Notes under the pieces: generated by a model
Databases searched by the model: none
Told to the model about the DNA's origin: nothing
Seen by the model: the letters and a program-made list of their open reading frames with translations, nothing else
Shown: positions 30,941-40,366 of the stretch, one piece after another
Position numbering within the stretch: the first letter of the stretch is position 1
Layout: each line of letters opens with the position of its first letter
Program-made: the position numbers and the translations under genes
DNA from: Lachnospiraceae bacterium UBA3310
GTDB taxonomy: Bacteria > Bacillota > Clostridia > Lachnospirales > Lachnospiraceae
NCBI GenBank assembly: GCA_002361355.1
Contig: DESQ01000029.1
Coordinates: 21,141 to 85,140, forward strand
Length of the DNA: 64,000 bases
Reading direction: 5' to 3'

Positions 30941-30988
30941 CCCTCTGAAAATGTTACAATAGATGTAACTTTTCGGAGGGCTTTTTTT
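30941..30988 (+). terminator. Terminator-like hairpin overlapping the recJ promoter and RBS
   Basis: CCCTCTGAAAATGTTACA-ATAGA-TGTAACTTTTCGGAGGG followed by CTTTTTTT; contains TGnTACAAT. Confidence 0.7.
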
Positions 30989-32779
30989 ATGGGAAAATGG
31001 ATGGTATCTGCCAAGAAGGCCGACTTTAACAGGATAGCGGAGCGGTTTCACATTGATCCGGTGGTTGCCAGAATCATACGAAACAGGGATGTGGTGGGGG
31101 AAGAGGAGATTGAGAAATTCCTTCACGGCACGATGGCGGATCTGTATGATCCGACGCTCCTTCTGGGCGTCGGAAAGGCGGCGCAGATTCTTAGTGAGAA
31201 GACGCAGGAGAAGAAAAAGATACGTGTGATCGGAGACTATGATATCGACGGCATCTGTGCCACGTACATACTGACTGCCTGTCTGGAAGCGTGCGGTGCG
31301 GTGGTGGATGCGGTGATTCCCCACCGGATTACGGACGGCTACGGACTCAACGAGAGGCTGATCGAGGAGGCGGCGCGTGACGGCGTGGAGACGATTCTGA
31401 CTTGTGACAACGGTATCGCGGCGCTTCCCCAGATTGCCTGTGCGAAAGCGCTTGGCATGACGGTGATTGTGACGGATCACCATGAGGTGCCTTACGAGGT
31501 GCAGGTGGACGGCAGCCGGACGCAGACACTGCCGGAGGCGGACGCGGTGGTGGATCCGAAGCAGAGCGGCTGTCCCTATCCCTATAAGGGCATCTGTGGC
31601 GCAGTGGTGGCCTATAAACTGATGCAGATTTATCTGGGGCGTATGTGCAGCGCGGGCGCTGTGACGGAGGAGGAAAAAACGGCACTTTTGCGTGAACTCC
31701 TGGCCTTTGCGGGTTTTGCCACGGTGGGAGACGTGATGGAGCTCACCGACGAAAACCGCATTCTGGTAAAGTATGGCTTACAGCAGATCGAAAAATCCGG
31801 GAATGCGGGAATGCGGGCATTGCTTGCCGTGAACGACCTGTCGGACAGGAAGTTGACGGGGTACCATATCGGATTTATTCTGGGGCCCTGTCTGAACGCC
31901 ACAGGGCGGCTTGACACGGCGGCAAGGGCGCTTGCCATGTTCCGCACGAAGGATCAGGCGGAGGCCTTTACCATAGCGGGAGAACTCAAGGCGTTAAACG
32001 ACAGCCGGAAGGAAATGACCAGGCAGGGAACGCAACAAGCCATAGAAATGATCGAAAACTCGACGCTTAAGGAGGATAAAGTGCTGGTGGTCTTTTTGCC
32101 GGACTGTCATGAGAGCCTGGCGGGGATCATAGCCGGGCGGATCAGGGAGCGTTACTATAAGCCGGTTTTTGTATTGACGCGGGCGGAGGAAGGCGTGAAA
32201 GGTTCAGGCCGCTCCGTGGAGGCCTACCATATGTATGATAAGATGAGTGAATGCAAGGAGTTATTCACGAAGTATGGCGGGCATAAGATGGCGGCCGGCC
32301 TGTCCCTGCCGGAGGAGAATGTGGAGACATTTCGCGCTTATCTGAACGCCCACAGCGGCTTGCAGGAGGAAGATCTCACCGAGGTGGTGCACATCGACGT
32401 GCCCATGCCCATGTCTTATGTAACGACCACGCTGATTAACCAGTTTTCGCTGCTGGAGCCCTTTGGTAACGGCAATCCCAAACCGGTTTTTGCACAGAGA
32501 GCGGTTAAGGTATGCAGAGGACAGATTTTGGGGAAAAATAAAAATGTGGGGAAATACCGGGTGTCCGATGAGAGCGGAAATGAATATGATATGATGTATT
32601 TTGGTGATCTGGACGGGTGGCATTCCTTTCTTACGGTGCATTTTGGCGAGGAGGAGGTGCGCAGGCTCTATGGCGGGGATGGCAGTGAAATCGTGATCAG
32701 CGTGATCTACTATCCGGATATCAACGTGTTCAGGGGAAGGGAGCAGTTACAGATGATCATGCAGGATTATAGAGCGTGA
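30989..32779 (+). CDS. recJ: ssDNA-specific exonuclease RecJ
   Basis: GDYDIDG, TCDNG, TDHH, KGSGRS, GGHKMAAG and LEPFGNGNP. Confidence 0.95.
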   Translation: MGKWMVSAKKADFNRIAERFHIDPVVARIIRNRDVVGEEEIEKFLHGTMADLYDPTLLLGVGKAAQILSEKTQEKKKIRVIGDYDIDGICATYILTACLEACGAVVDAVIPHRITDGYGLNERLIEEAARDGVETILTCDNGIAALPQIACAKALGMTVIVTDHHEVPYEVQVDGSRTQTLPEADAVVDPKQSGCPYPYKGICGAVVAYKLMQIYLGRMCSAGAVTEEEKTALLRELLAFAGFATVGDVMELTDENRILVKYGLQQIEKSGNAGMRALLAVNDLSDRKLTGYHIGFILGPCLNATGRLDTAARALAMFRTKDQAEAFTIAGELKALNDSRKEMTRQGTQQAIEMIENSTLKEDKVLVVFLPDCHESLAGIIAGRIRERYYKPVFVLTRAEEGVKGSGRSVEAYHMYDKMSECKELFTKYGGHKMAAGLSLPEENVETFRAYLNAHSGLQEEDLTEVVHIDVPMPMSYVTTTLINQFSLLEPFGNGNPKPVFAQRAVKVCRGQILGKNKNVGKYRVSDESGNEYDMMYFGDLDGWHSFLTVHFGEEEVRRLYGGDGSEIVISVIYYPDINVFRGREQLQMIMQDYRA

Positions 32780-32832
32780 CGCAAAAGAAAAACAAAGCGC
32801 TGTCGCAGGAAGAGCATCTGCGACTTAGGGCA

Positions 32833-32862
32833 CGAAAAAGCCCGGATGTCCGGGCTCTTTCG
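32833..32862. terminator. Bidirectional terminator
   Basis: CGAAAAAGCCCGGA-TG-TCCGGGCTCTTTCG. Confidence 0.8.
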
Positions 32863-32909
32863 CAGTTTTCTTATGAGGGGGAGATAGTGAATTCATCAAC
32901 TATCTTGAT
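32835..32909 (-). ncRNA. Candidate ~75-nt small RNA with a C-rich anti-SD segment
   Basis: -10 TATGAT (32914-32919); 5' hairpin AGATAG..TGA/TCA..CTATCT; unpaired CCCCCUCAUAAG; terminator ending in UUUUU. Confidence 0.6.
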
Positions 32910-32928
32910 ACCTATCATAAAGGGTAAT

Positions 32929-32956
32929 TGTGTTCAAAATGTGTTTAGAATATGAA
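32929..32956 (-). promoter_or_regulatory. 11-bp-phased direct repeats (response-regulator-type boxes)
   Basis: TGTGTT (32929), TGTGTT (32940) and TATGAA (32951), occupying the -35 region of the candidate sRNA. Confidence 0.5.
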
Positions 32957-33051
32957 GGAAAAATAAAAAAACATTAAGAATCTTTAAAAACCCTGTTTTT
33001 CGTGCTATCTTATTTTATAGTAAATTGTGAAGGGGCAGTGAGGAGAGAACT

Positions 33052-34521
33052 ATGGCGGTTTTGAGTGAATTGTTAAAGGAGCTATCTTACGAGTGTGTCT
33101 GTGGTACATTGGAGCGAAAGATCTCGGATATAGTCTATGATTCCAGAAAGGTGCAGAAAGACTGCCTGTTCGTCTGCATTCCGGGAGCGAAGGCGGACGG
33201 ACATAAATATGCGGCGGATGCGGTGAAGGCAGGCGCTGCCGCGATTCTGACAGAGCGCGAGGTGGAACTTCCGGTGGGGTCTGACGTGACGGTGATCCGT
33301 GTGGATAACACATGTTACGCAATGGCTTTTGTGTCGGCGGCCTATTTCGGGCATCCGGCAGAGCAGATGAAGATTATCGGCGTCACGGGCACGAAGGGGA
33401 AAACCACCACGACCTATCTGGTCCGGTCTATTTTGGAGCAGGCAGGAAGAAAGGTGGGGCTGATCGGCACCATAGAGATTATCATAGGAGAAACCCATAT
33501 CCATGCGGAAAACACTACGCCACAGTCTTATCTGGTACAGAAATATTTCCGGATGATGGCGGATGCGGGCTGTGACACAGTGGTGATGGAGGTTTCCTCC
33601 CAGGGACTGATGCTTCACAGGACGCAGGGCTTCGTCTTTGATTTCGGAATCTTTACGAATCTGGAGCCGGATCATATCGGGGAGAATGAGCATAAGGATT
33701 TTGACGATTATCTGCACTGTAAGAGCCTGCTGTTTCGACAGTGCAGGGTGGGGATTGTCAACCAGGACGACAGCCACTGGAAAGCGGTGACCAAAGACTG
33801 CACCTGCCAGCTTGAAACGTATGGGATTGACACGGAGGCGGATCTGCGTGCGGCGGATATTTCTTTCCTAAACGAGGGGGGGAGCCTTGGCATGGCCTTT
33901 ACGGTGAAGGGGCTTGTGAATTTTCCTGTAAAGATCGCTTCGCCCGGCCGGTTCAACGTCTATAACGCGCTCACGGCCATCGCCATTTGCCGCCATTTCG
34001 GCGTTGCCGGGGAAGATATCAAACGGGCGCTTCTGACGGCGAAAGTGAAAGGCAGGACGGAGATGGTAAAAGTCTCAGACGAGTTTACGCTGATGATCGA
34101 CTACGCCCACAATGCCATGGCGTTAAAGAGCCTGTTGGAGACGCTGCGCGCCTACCAGCCCCACCGGTTAATCTGTCTCTTCGGCTGCGGCGGCAACCGG
34201 GCAAAGTCCAGACGCTATGAGATGGGAGAGGTCAGCGGCAACATGGCGGATTTGACGATCATCACCTCCGACAATCCACGCACGGAGGAGCCCCAGGCGA
34301 TTATTGACGATATTAAGACCGGGATCGGAAAGACACAGGGAAAATACGTGGAGATCTGCGACAGAAAGGAAGCCATCGCCTATGCCATCGACCACGGCGA
34401 GCCGGGGGATATCATTGTGCTTGCGGGCAAGGGGCATGAGGATTATCAGGAGATAAACGGGGTGAAATATCCGATGGACGAGAGAGTATTGATACAAGAG
34501 ATTTTAGAGGAGCGGGCATGA
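33052..34521 (+). CDS. murE: UDP-MurNAc-tripeptide (meso-DAP) ligase
   Basis: GVTGTKGKTT, MEVSS, IDYAHN, DNPR (DAP-type) and AGKGHE. Confidence 0.95.
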   Translation: MAVLSELLKELSYECVCGTLERKISDIVYDSRKVQKDCLFVCIPGAKADGHKYAADAVKAGAAAILTEREVELPVGSDVTVIRVDNTCYAMAFVSAAYFGHPAEQMKIIGVTGTKGKTTTTYLVRSILEQAGRKVGLIGTIEIIIGETHIHAENTTPQSYLVQKYFRMMADAGCDTVVMEVSSQGLMLHRTQGFVFDFGIFTNLEPDHIGENEHKDFDDYLHCKSLLFRQCRVGIVNQDDSHWKAVTKDCTCQLETYGIDTEADLRAADISFLNEGGSLGMAFTVKGLVNFPVKIASPGRFNVYNALTAIAICRHFGVAGEDIKRALLTAKVKGRTEMVKVSDEFTLMIDYAHNAMALKSLLETLRAYQPHRLICLFGCGGNRAKSRRYEMGEVSGNMADLTIITSDNPRTEEPQAIIDDIKTGIGKTQGKYVEICDRKEAIAYAIDHGEPGDIIVLAGKGHEDYQEINGVKYPMDERVLIQEILEERA

Positions 34522-36755
34522 CGGAGCGCTATGCGGATGTCATTATCGATATCGCCCACGAAAAAGTAGATAAGGTTTTTCAATACAGAATACCGCCGGA
34601 ACTTGCGGAGGCGGTCTGTCCGGGGGTGCGTGTGCATGTGCCCTTCGGCAGGGGCAATCAGGAAAAGGTGGGATATGTGGTGGACATCTCGGCGGAGACG
34701 GACTATCCTGCGGAGAAGATCAAGGCAGTCATCGCAGTGGACGAGAGGGGCATGTCTGCGGAGAGCAGGCAGATTCAGATTGCCTATTGGCTGAAAAGCC
34801 AGTACGGTTCCACCACGATTGCGGCGTTGAAGACCGTGCTTCCGGTCAGGCAGAAGCAGAAACCTTTGGAGAAAAAGAGCGTGCTGCGCTGCCTCACCCC
34901 GGCGGAGACGGCGCGGGCGGCTGCGGCGTGTGCCGAAAAACATCAGCGGGCGAAAGCGCGCATGCTGGAGGCTCTGGTGACTGAGGAGGAGCTTCCCTAC
35001 GAGCTGGTCAGACAGAAATTGAACGTGGCGGCATCCACGTTACAGGCGTTGGAGAAGCAGGGGTATCTTAAGATTGAGAGAAAGACCTGCTATCGGAATC
35101 CGGTCAGAGTGACGGACAGACGGGAAGACAGACCCGTCCTGCATCCTGTGCAGCAGCGGATTATAGACGAGGTAGTGCAGTCCTGCAGGGAGGAACATCC
35201 CGGCGTGCATCTGGTGCATGGCGTCACGGGAAGCGGCAAGACGGAGGTGTATCTGGGGATCATCGAGCAGGTGATCGCCATGGGCAAACAGGCCATCATG
35301 CTGATCCCGGAAATCGCGCTGACTTATCAGACGCTTCTGCGGTTTTACAAGCGGTTCGGAGACCGGGTGTCGGTGATGAACTCCACCCTGTCCGCCGGGG
35401 AAAAGTATGATCAGATCGAGCGGGCGAAGGCGGGAGAGATCGATGTGATTATCGGGCCCCGCTCGGCGCTGTTTACCCCCTTTCCGCATCTGGGCGTTAT
35501 CGTCATGGATGAGGAGCATGAAAACAGTTATAAGAGCGAGACGAGCCCCAAATACCATGCAAGGGAGACTGCCATTCAGATTGCGTCCCTGTGTGGGGCA
35601 GCCGTGGTGCTTGGTTCGGCGACGCCTTCCCTGGAGGCATATTACAGGGCAGGGCAGGGACAATATCGGTTATATGAGATGAAGGAGCGTCCCGGCAGCC
35701 GTGTGCTGCCGATGGTGCATATCACGGATCTGCGCAGGGAGTTAAAGGAGGGAAACCGCTCCATGTTCGGCAGAAAATTGCGGGATCTGATGGAGGAGAG
35801 GCTGGCAGGAGGGGAGCAGACGATCCTGTTTTTGAACCGGAGAGGCTATGCGGGGTTTGTATCCTGCCGGGCCTGCGGGCATGTGATGAAATGTCCCCAC
35901 TGTGATGTCTCCCTCTCAGAGCACAGAAATGGCCTGCTAACCTGCCATTACTGCGGATATCAGGAGAGAAAACCGGGAAAGTGCCCGGTGTGCGGCTCCC
36001 CTTATCTGATGGGATTTAAGGCGGGGACAGAGCAGGTGGAGGAGGCGATTCACAGGGAATTTCCCGGAGCCAGGGTGCTTCGCATGGATGCGGATACCAC
36101 AAGGAAGAAGGAGAGCTATGAAAAGATCCTTTCCGCCTTTGCGGACGAGGAGGCGGATATTCTGGTGGGAACGCAGATGATTGTGAAAGGGCATGATTTT
36201 CCCGGCGTAACGCTGGTTGGGGTGCTGGCGGCGGATCTTTCCCTGAACCGAAACGATTACCGGGCAGGGGAGCGGACATTTCAGCTTTTGACGCAGGCGG
36301 CTGGCCGTGCGGGCCGGGGGGAGCGGCCGGGCGAGGTGGTGATCCAGACTTATCAGCCGGAGCACTACAGCGTGGTCTATGCGGCAAGACAGGATTACGA
36401 GGGATTTTACGGGGAGGAGATTGCCTACAGGGAACTTATGGGCTATCCGCCCGTGGAACATATGCTGGCGGTTCTCATTGTCTCAAGGGTGCAGGAGGAC
36501 GGTGAGAAGCTGGGTGAGAAAATGGCGGCGTTTGTCAGAAAAGCGATGGGGGATGTCAAAGGCCTTCGGGTGATCGGGCCGGCGGAGGCATCCATCGGGA
36601 AACTGTCCGATTGGTACCGGCATACGCTGTATCTTCGGCACGGGGATTATCAGGTGCTTGTGGAGGCGAAGGACAGGTTGGAACGCTTTTGTAAAGAACA
36701 GGAACAGAGGGAGCAGACAGTACAGTTTGATTTTGACCCGATGAATACATACTAA
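34518..36755 (+). CDS. priA: Primosomal protein N'
   Basis: GVTGSGKTEVY, DEEH, SAT, four CxxC, QAAGRAGR. Confidence 0.96.
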   Translation: MTERYADVIIDIAHEKVDKVFQYRIPPELAEAVCPGVRVHVPFGRGNQEKVGYVVDISAETDYPAEKIKAVIAVDERGMSAESRQIQIAYWLKSQYGSTTIAALKTVLPVRQKQKPLEKKSVLRCLTPAETARAAAACAEKHQRAKARMLEALVTEEELPYELVRQKLNVAASTLQALEKQGYLKIERKTCYRNPVRVTDRREDRPVLHPVQQRIIDEVVQSCREEHPGVHLVHGVTGSGKTEVYLGIIEQVIAMGKQAIMLIPEIALTYQTLLRFYKRFGDRVSVMNSTLSAGEKYDQIERAKAGEIDVIIGPRSALFTPFPHLGVIVMDEEHENSYKSETSPKYHARETAIQIASLCGAAVVLGSATPSLEAYYRAGQGQYRLYEMKERPGSRVLPMVHITDLRRELKEGNRSMFGRKLRDLMEERLAGGEQTILFLNRRGYAGFVSCRACGHVMKCPHCDVSLSEHRNGLLTCHYCGYQERKPGKCPVCGSPYLMGFKAGTEQVEEAIHREFPGARVLRMDADTTRKKESYEKILSAFADEEADILVGTQMIVKGHDFPGVTLVGVLAADLSLNRNDYRAGERTFQLLTQAAGRAGRGERPGEVVIQTYQPEHYSVVYAARQDYEGFYGEEIAYRELMGYPPVEHMLAVLIVSRVQEDGEKLGEKMAAFVRKAMGDVKGLRVIGPAEASIGKLSDWYRHTLYLRHGDYQVLVEAKDRLERFCKEQEQREQTVQFDFDPMNTY

Positions 36756-36780
36756 ATGGAAAGACAGGAGGAAAAATAGC

Positions 36781-37263
36781 ATGGCAACCAGAAAAATCAG
36801 GGAGATCGGAGATCCGGTACTGACAAAGAAATCCAAGGAGGTGACGGAGATCACGCCGAGACTGAAAGAGCTGATTGACGACATGTTTGAGACGCTTTAT
36901 GAGGAGAACGGCGTGGGGCTGGCGGCGCCCCAGGTGGGTATCTTGAAGCGCATTGTGGTGATTGATACTACGGGGGAAGATCCGCTGCTTCTGATTAACC
37001 CTAAAATACTGGAGACCAACGGCGAGCAGGAGGGCTACGAGGGATGCTTAAGCGTCCCCGGAAAAACCGGCCATGTGAAGCGGCCTAACTATGTGAAAGC
37101 GCTGGCCTATGATGAGAACATGAAGCCCTTTGAGGTGGAGGGGACAGAGCTGCTTGCAAGAGCCATCTGTCATGAGCTGGATCATCTGGAAGGACATCTC
37201 TATGTGGAGAAGGTGGAAGGCCCTCTGCTCAACACCGAGGATCTGGAAGGGGAGGAAGAGTGA
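36781..37263 (+). CDS. def: Peptide deformylase
   Basis: GVGLAAPQ, EGCLS and HELDH. Confidence 0.97.
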   Translation: MATRKIREIGDPVLTKKSKEVTEITPRLKELIDDMFETLYEENGVGLAAPQVGILKRIVVIDTTGEDPLLLINPKILETNGEQEGYEGCLSVPGKTGHVKRPNYVKALAYDENMKPFEVEGTELLARAICHELDHLEGHLYVEKVEGPLLNTEDLEGEEE

Positions 37264-37266
37264 CGG

Positions 37267-38229
37267 ATGAAAATTGTATTTATGGGAACGCCCGATTTTG
37301 CGGTGGGTGCGCTTGACGCCATCGTGGAGGCGGGACATCAGGTGACGGCGGTCGTGACCCAGCCGGATAAGCCAAAAGGGCGGGGCAAGGAGATGCAGAT
37401 GACGCCTGTGAAACGCTGTGCGCTCTCCCACGGGATTCCCGTTTTCCAGCCGGTGAAGATCAAGGAGCCGGAGGCAGTGGAACAGCTTAGAAGCTATGAA
37501 GCGGATCTGTTTGTGGTGGCGGCTTTTGGGCAGATTCTTTCGGAGGAGATTCTCGCCATGCCGAAGTACGGATGTGTGAATATCCACGCATCCCTTCTGC
37601 CGAAATACCGTGGGGCGGGGCCCATTCAGTGGTCTATCATCAATGGAGAAAAAATAACGGGTGTTACAATTATGCAGATGGAGAAGGGGCTGGATACGGG
37701 AGACATGCTCTTCCAAAGGCCGGTGGAGATCGCTCCTGACGAGACGGCGGACACCCTGCATGATAAGCTGGCAGCCGTGGGCGCAAAGTTGATCGTGGAG
37801 GCAATTCCCAAGATAGAGGCGGGGGAAGTGACGCCCGAGAAACAGCGGGATGAAGATTCCTCCTACGCGAAGATGCTGACAAAAGATATGGGAAAGATTG
37901 ACTGGAACATGGAGGCGGAAAAACTGGACTGCCTGATCAGAGGTTTGCTTTCCTGGCCCGGTGCATCCACGGTCTTTCGTGGGAAAACGTTAAAAATATG
38001 GGAGGAGGAGCCAGTGGATGCGTCTTCTTTCCCGGGAGAAAGGAAGGAAACGGCGCCGGGTACGGTGGTGCTGGTGGAAAAGGACGCTTTTTATGTGCAG
38101 ACCGGCAGCGGTGTGCTCAAGGTGAAGGCGGTACAGCCGGAGGGCAAAAGACGGATGGCGGTGAAGGACTTCCTGCTTGGTTATCCGGTGAAAGCAGGCG
38201 AACTGTTTGGAAAGATTTTGGAGGGATGA
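37267..38229 (+). CDS. fmt: Methionyl-tRNA formyltransferase
   Basis: FMGTPDFA and NIHASLLPKYRG. Confidence 0.97.
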   Translation: MKIVFMGTPDFAVGALDAIVEAGHQVTAVVTQPDKPKGRGKEMQMTPVKRCALSHGIPVFQPVKIKEPEAVEQLRSYEADLFVVAAFGQILSEEILAMPKYGCVNIHASLLPKYRGAGPIQWSIINGEKITGVTIMQMEKGLDTGDMLFQRPVEIAPDETADTLHDKLAAVGAKLIVEAIPKIEAGEVTPEKQRDEDSSYAKMLTKDMGKIDWNMEAEKLDCLIRGLLSWPGASTVFRGKTLKIWEEEPVDASSFPGERKETAPGTVVLVEKDAFYVQTGSGVLKVKAVQPEGKRRMAVKDFLLGYPVKAGELFGKILEG

Positions 38230-38231
38230 AT

Positions 38232-38948
38232 ATGGGATATTATGGTTATGGATTCGGATATTATTTTGACCCGACCTATTTTCTGGTGCTGATCGGGGCG
38301 GTTTTGTGTATTTGGGCGCAGGCGAGGGTCACCTCTACCTACAGCAAGTATTCCAGAGTACTTAGCAGAACAGGCATGACAGGCGCGCAGGCGGCGCAGC
38401 GGATTTTGCAGTTGTCGGGCATCTATGACGTGCGCATCGAGCATGTGGCAGGCAACCTGACAGATCACTATGATCCTGCGAACAAGGTGCTGCGTCTCTC
38501 CGATTCGGTGTACGGCTCTCCGTCCGTGGCGGCCATCGGCGTGGCGGCGCATGAGTGCGGCCATGCGGTACAGCACGACAAGGGCTATGCCCCTTTAAAG
38601 TTTCGTTCCGCGCTGGTGCCGGTGGCAAATATCGGCTCCAAGGCGGGTATTCCGCTGATTATTCTGGGCGCCATTCTGGGGATGAACCAGACGCTGATCC
38701 ATATCGGCATCTGGGTGTTCGCCCTTGCAGTGCTGTTTCAGGTGGTGACGCTTCCGGTGGAATTTAACGCTTCCGGCAGGGCTCTTGCCATGTTGGGGGA
38801 TTACGGCATGCTTGACAGGGAGGAGACGAACGGCTGCAGGAAAGTGCTGCGGGCAGCGGCGCTGACCTATGTAGCGGCGGCAGCGTCAGCGATTTTGCAG
38901 CTTCTTCGACTGGTGCTTTTGTTCGGAAACGACCGGAGACGCGATTGA
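38232..38948 (+). CDS. YugP-like membrane zinc metallopeptidase
   Basis: LTDHYDP, AAHECGHA, TLPVEFNAS and AAALTYV. Confidence 0.92.
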   Translation: MGYYGYGFGYYFDPTYFLVLIGAVLCIWAQARVTSTYSKYSRVLSRTGMTGAQAAQRILQLSGIYDVRIEHVAGNLTDHYDPANKVLRLSDSVYGSPSVAAIGVAAHECGHAVQHDKGYAPLKFRSALVPVANIGSKAGIPLIILGAILGMNQTLIHIGIWVFALAVLFQVVTLPVEFNASGRALAMLGDYGMLDREETNGCRKVLRAAALTYVAAAASAILQLLRLVLLFGNDRRRD

Positions 38949-38979
38949 GGTTACAATCATAAGACGGGAGAACGGGAAC

Positions 38980-40344
38980 GTGGCGGAGATAAATGTGCGG
39001 GAAGTGGTTCTGGATATACTGGTGGAACTGTCAAAGGGAGAGGAATACAGCAATGTCCTGATTGCGGCGGCACTTGACAAATATGATTATCTGGACGGTA
39101 AGGAGAAGGCTTTTATCAAGCGGGTCTGTGAGGGGACGATTGAGCGAAGGATACAGATCGACTACGTGTTGGATCAATATTCTAAAACGCCTGTTATTAA
39201 AATGAAGCCCCTGATTCGGGAGCTCCTTCGCATGAGCGTTTATCAGCTTTTGTTTATGGCGCATATCCCCGCTTCGGCGGTCTGCAACGAGGCGGTGAAA
39301 CTGGCCAAAAAGCGGCGGTTTCAGCAGTTGCAGGGATATGTGAACGGGGTGCTTCGAAACATCGCCAGAGGGAAGGAAGCGATTGCTTACCCTGACAGGG
39401 AGAAGGAACTGCCGGCATGGCTTTCCGTGCGCTACTCCATGCCGCTCTGGCTTGTTTCGCATTTTTCCGGCGCTTACGGGCAGGAGACCTGCGAGAAGAT
39501 TCTGGACGCTTTTCTGGAGAGAGAGGCGGTCTGCGTCCGCCTGGATCAAAGGCTTACGGAAAAGGAGCGGGAGGCGCTTGTGGAGGCCTGGAGAGCGGAC
39601 GGCGTGGAGGTGGAGGCACATCCTTATCTATCCTATGCCGTCAGGCTGCAGAAGGCGGCGGGCGTGCACCGCCTCGCCGGGTATGCAGAGGGACGGTTTG
39701 CGGTGCAGGACGTAAGTTCCATGTTGGTGGTGGAAGCGGCTGGCATCTGTGCCGGCAATACGGTGATCGATGTCTGTGCGGCGCCCGGCGGGAAGGCTCT
39801 CCACGCGGCGGAAAAGCTGCAGGGTACAGGGCGGGTCATCGCCTGCGATGTGAGTCAGTATAAAACCGAAAAGATCGAGGAAAACCGCGCCCGCCTCGGG
39901 CTTGAAAATGTGACTGTCAGGGTGCAGGACGCGAGAGTGCGGGAGGCTTCCCTTGTGGGACAGGCGGATATCCTTCTGGCGGATGTGCCCTGCTCCGGAC
40001 TTGGCGTGATCGGCCATAAGCAGGATATCAAATACCGGGTGACGGCGGAATCCCTCAGGGAGATCACACGCTTACAGAGAGAAATAATAACTAATGTTAT
40101 TGATTATATCAAACCGGGCGGTATTCTGATGTACAGTACCTGTACCATGAATCCCGGCGAGAATGAAGAAATGGTGGGCTGGATCTGTGAAACCTTCGGG
40201 TTTGGGCTGGTGAGTATGGCGGCGGATCTGCCGGAGCCGCTTAAGGAGGAGGCAGAGCAGGGAATGGTGCAGCTTCTGCCCGGCGTTCATGAGACGGACG
40301 GTTTCTTTTTTGCGAAGCTTAGGAAAAAGGAAGCTTCCGTATAG
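38980..40344 (+). CDS. rsmB: 16S rRNA m5C967 methyltransferase
   Basis: NusB-like N-domain, DVCAAPGGK, DVPCSG and YSTCT. Confidence 0.94.
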   Translation: MAEINVREVVLDILVELSKGEEYSNVLIAAALDKYDYLDGKEKAFIKRVCEGTIERRIQIDYVLDQYSKTPVIKMKPLIRELLRMSVYQLLFMAHIPASAVCNEAVKLAKKRRFQQLQGYVNGVLRNIARGKEAIAYPDREKELPAWLSVRYSMPLWLVSHFSGAYGQETCEKILDAFLEREAVCVRLDQRLTEKEREALVEAWRADGVEVEAHPYLSYAVRLQKAAGVHRLAGYAEGRFAVQDVSSMLVVEAAGICAGNTVIDVCAAPGGKALHAAEKLQGTGRVIACDVSQYKTEKIEENRARLGLENVTVRVQDARVREASLVGQADILLADVPCSGLGVIGHKQDIKYRVTAESLREITRLQREIITNVIDYIKPGGILMYSTCTMNPGENEEMVGWICETFGFGLVSMAADLPEPLKEEAEQGMVQLLPGVHETDGFFFAKLRKKEASV

Positions 40345-40366
40345 ACTGCGGAGAGAAGGGTTTTTT

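Noticed and set aside
32802-32824. Hairpin GTCGCAG-N9-CTGCGAC as a REP/MITE
   Set aside because: Only one copy in the window; it may simply stabilise the recJ 3' end.
32887-32955. 22-aa plus-strand ORF (MNSSTILIPIIKGNCVQNVFRI) after GAGGGGGAG, as a possible type I toxin
   Set aside because: It lies just after a terminator with no promoter and has no TM-length hydrophobic stretch; the G-run is better explained as the complement of the sRNA seed. Ribo-seq would settle it.
33052-34521. murE outside the dcw cluster, joined to the priA operon
   Set aside because: As far as I recall this arrangement is ordinary in Lachnospiraceae-like genomes, and there is no sign of recent movement.
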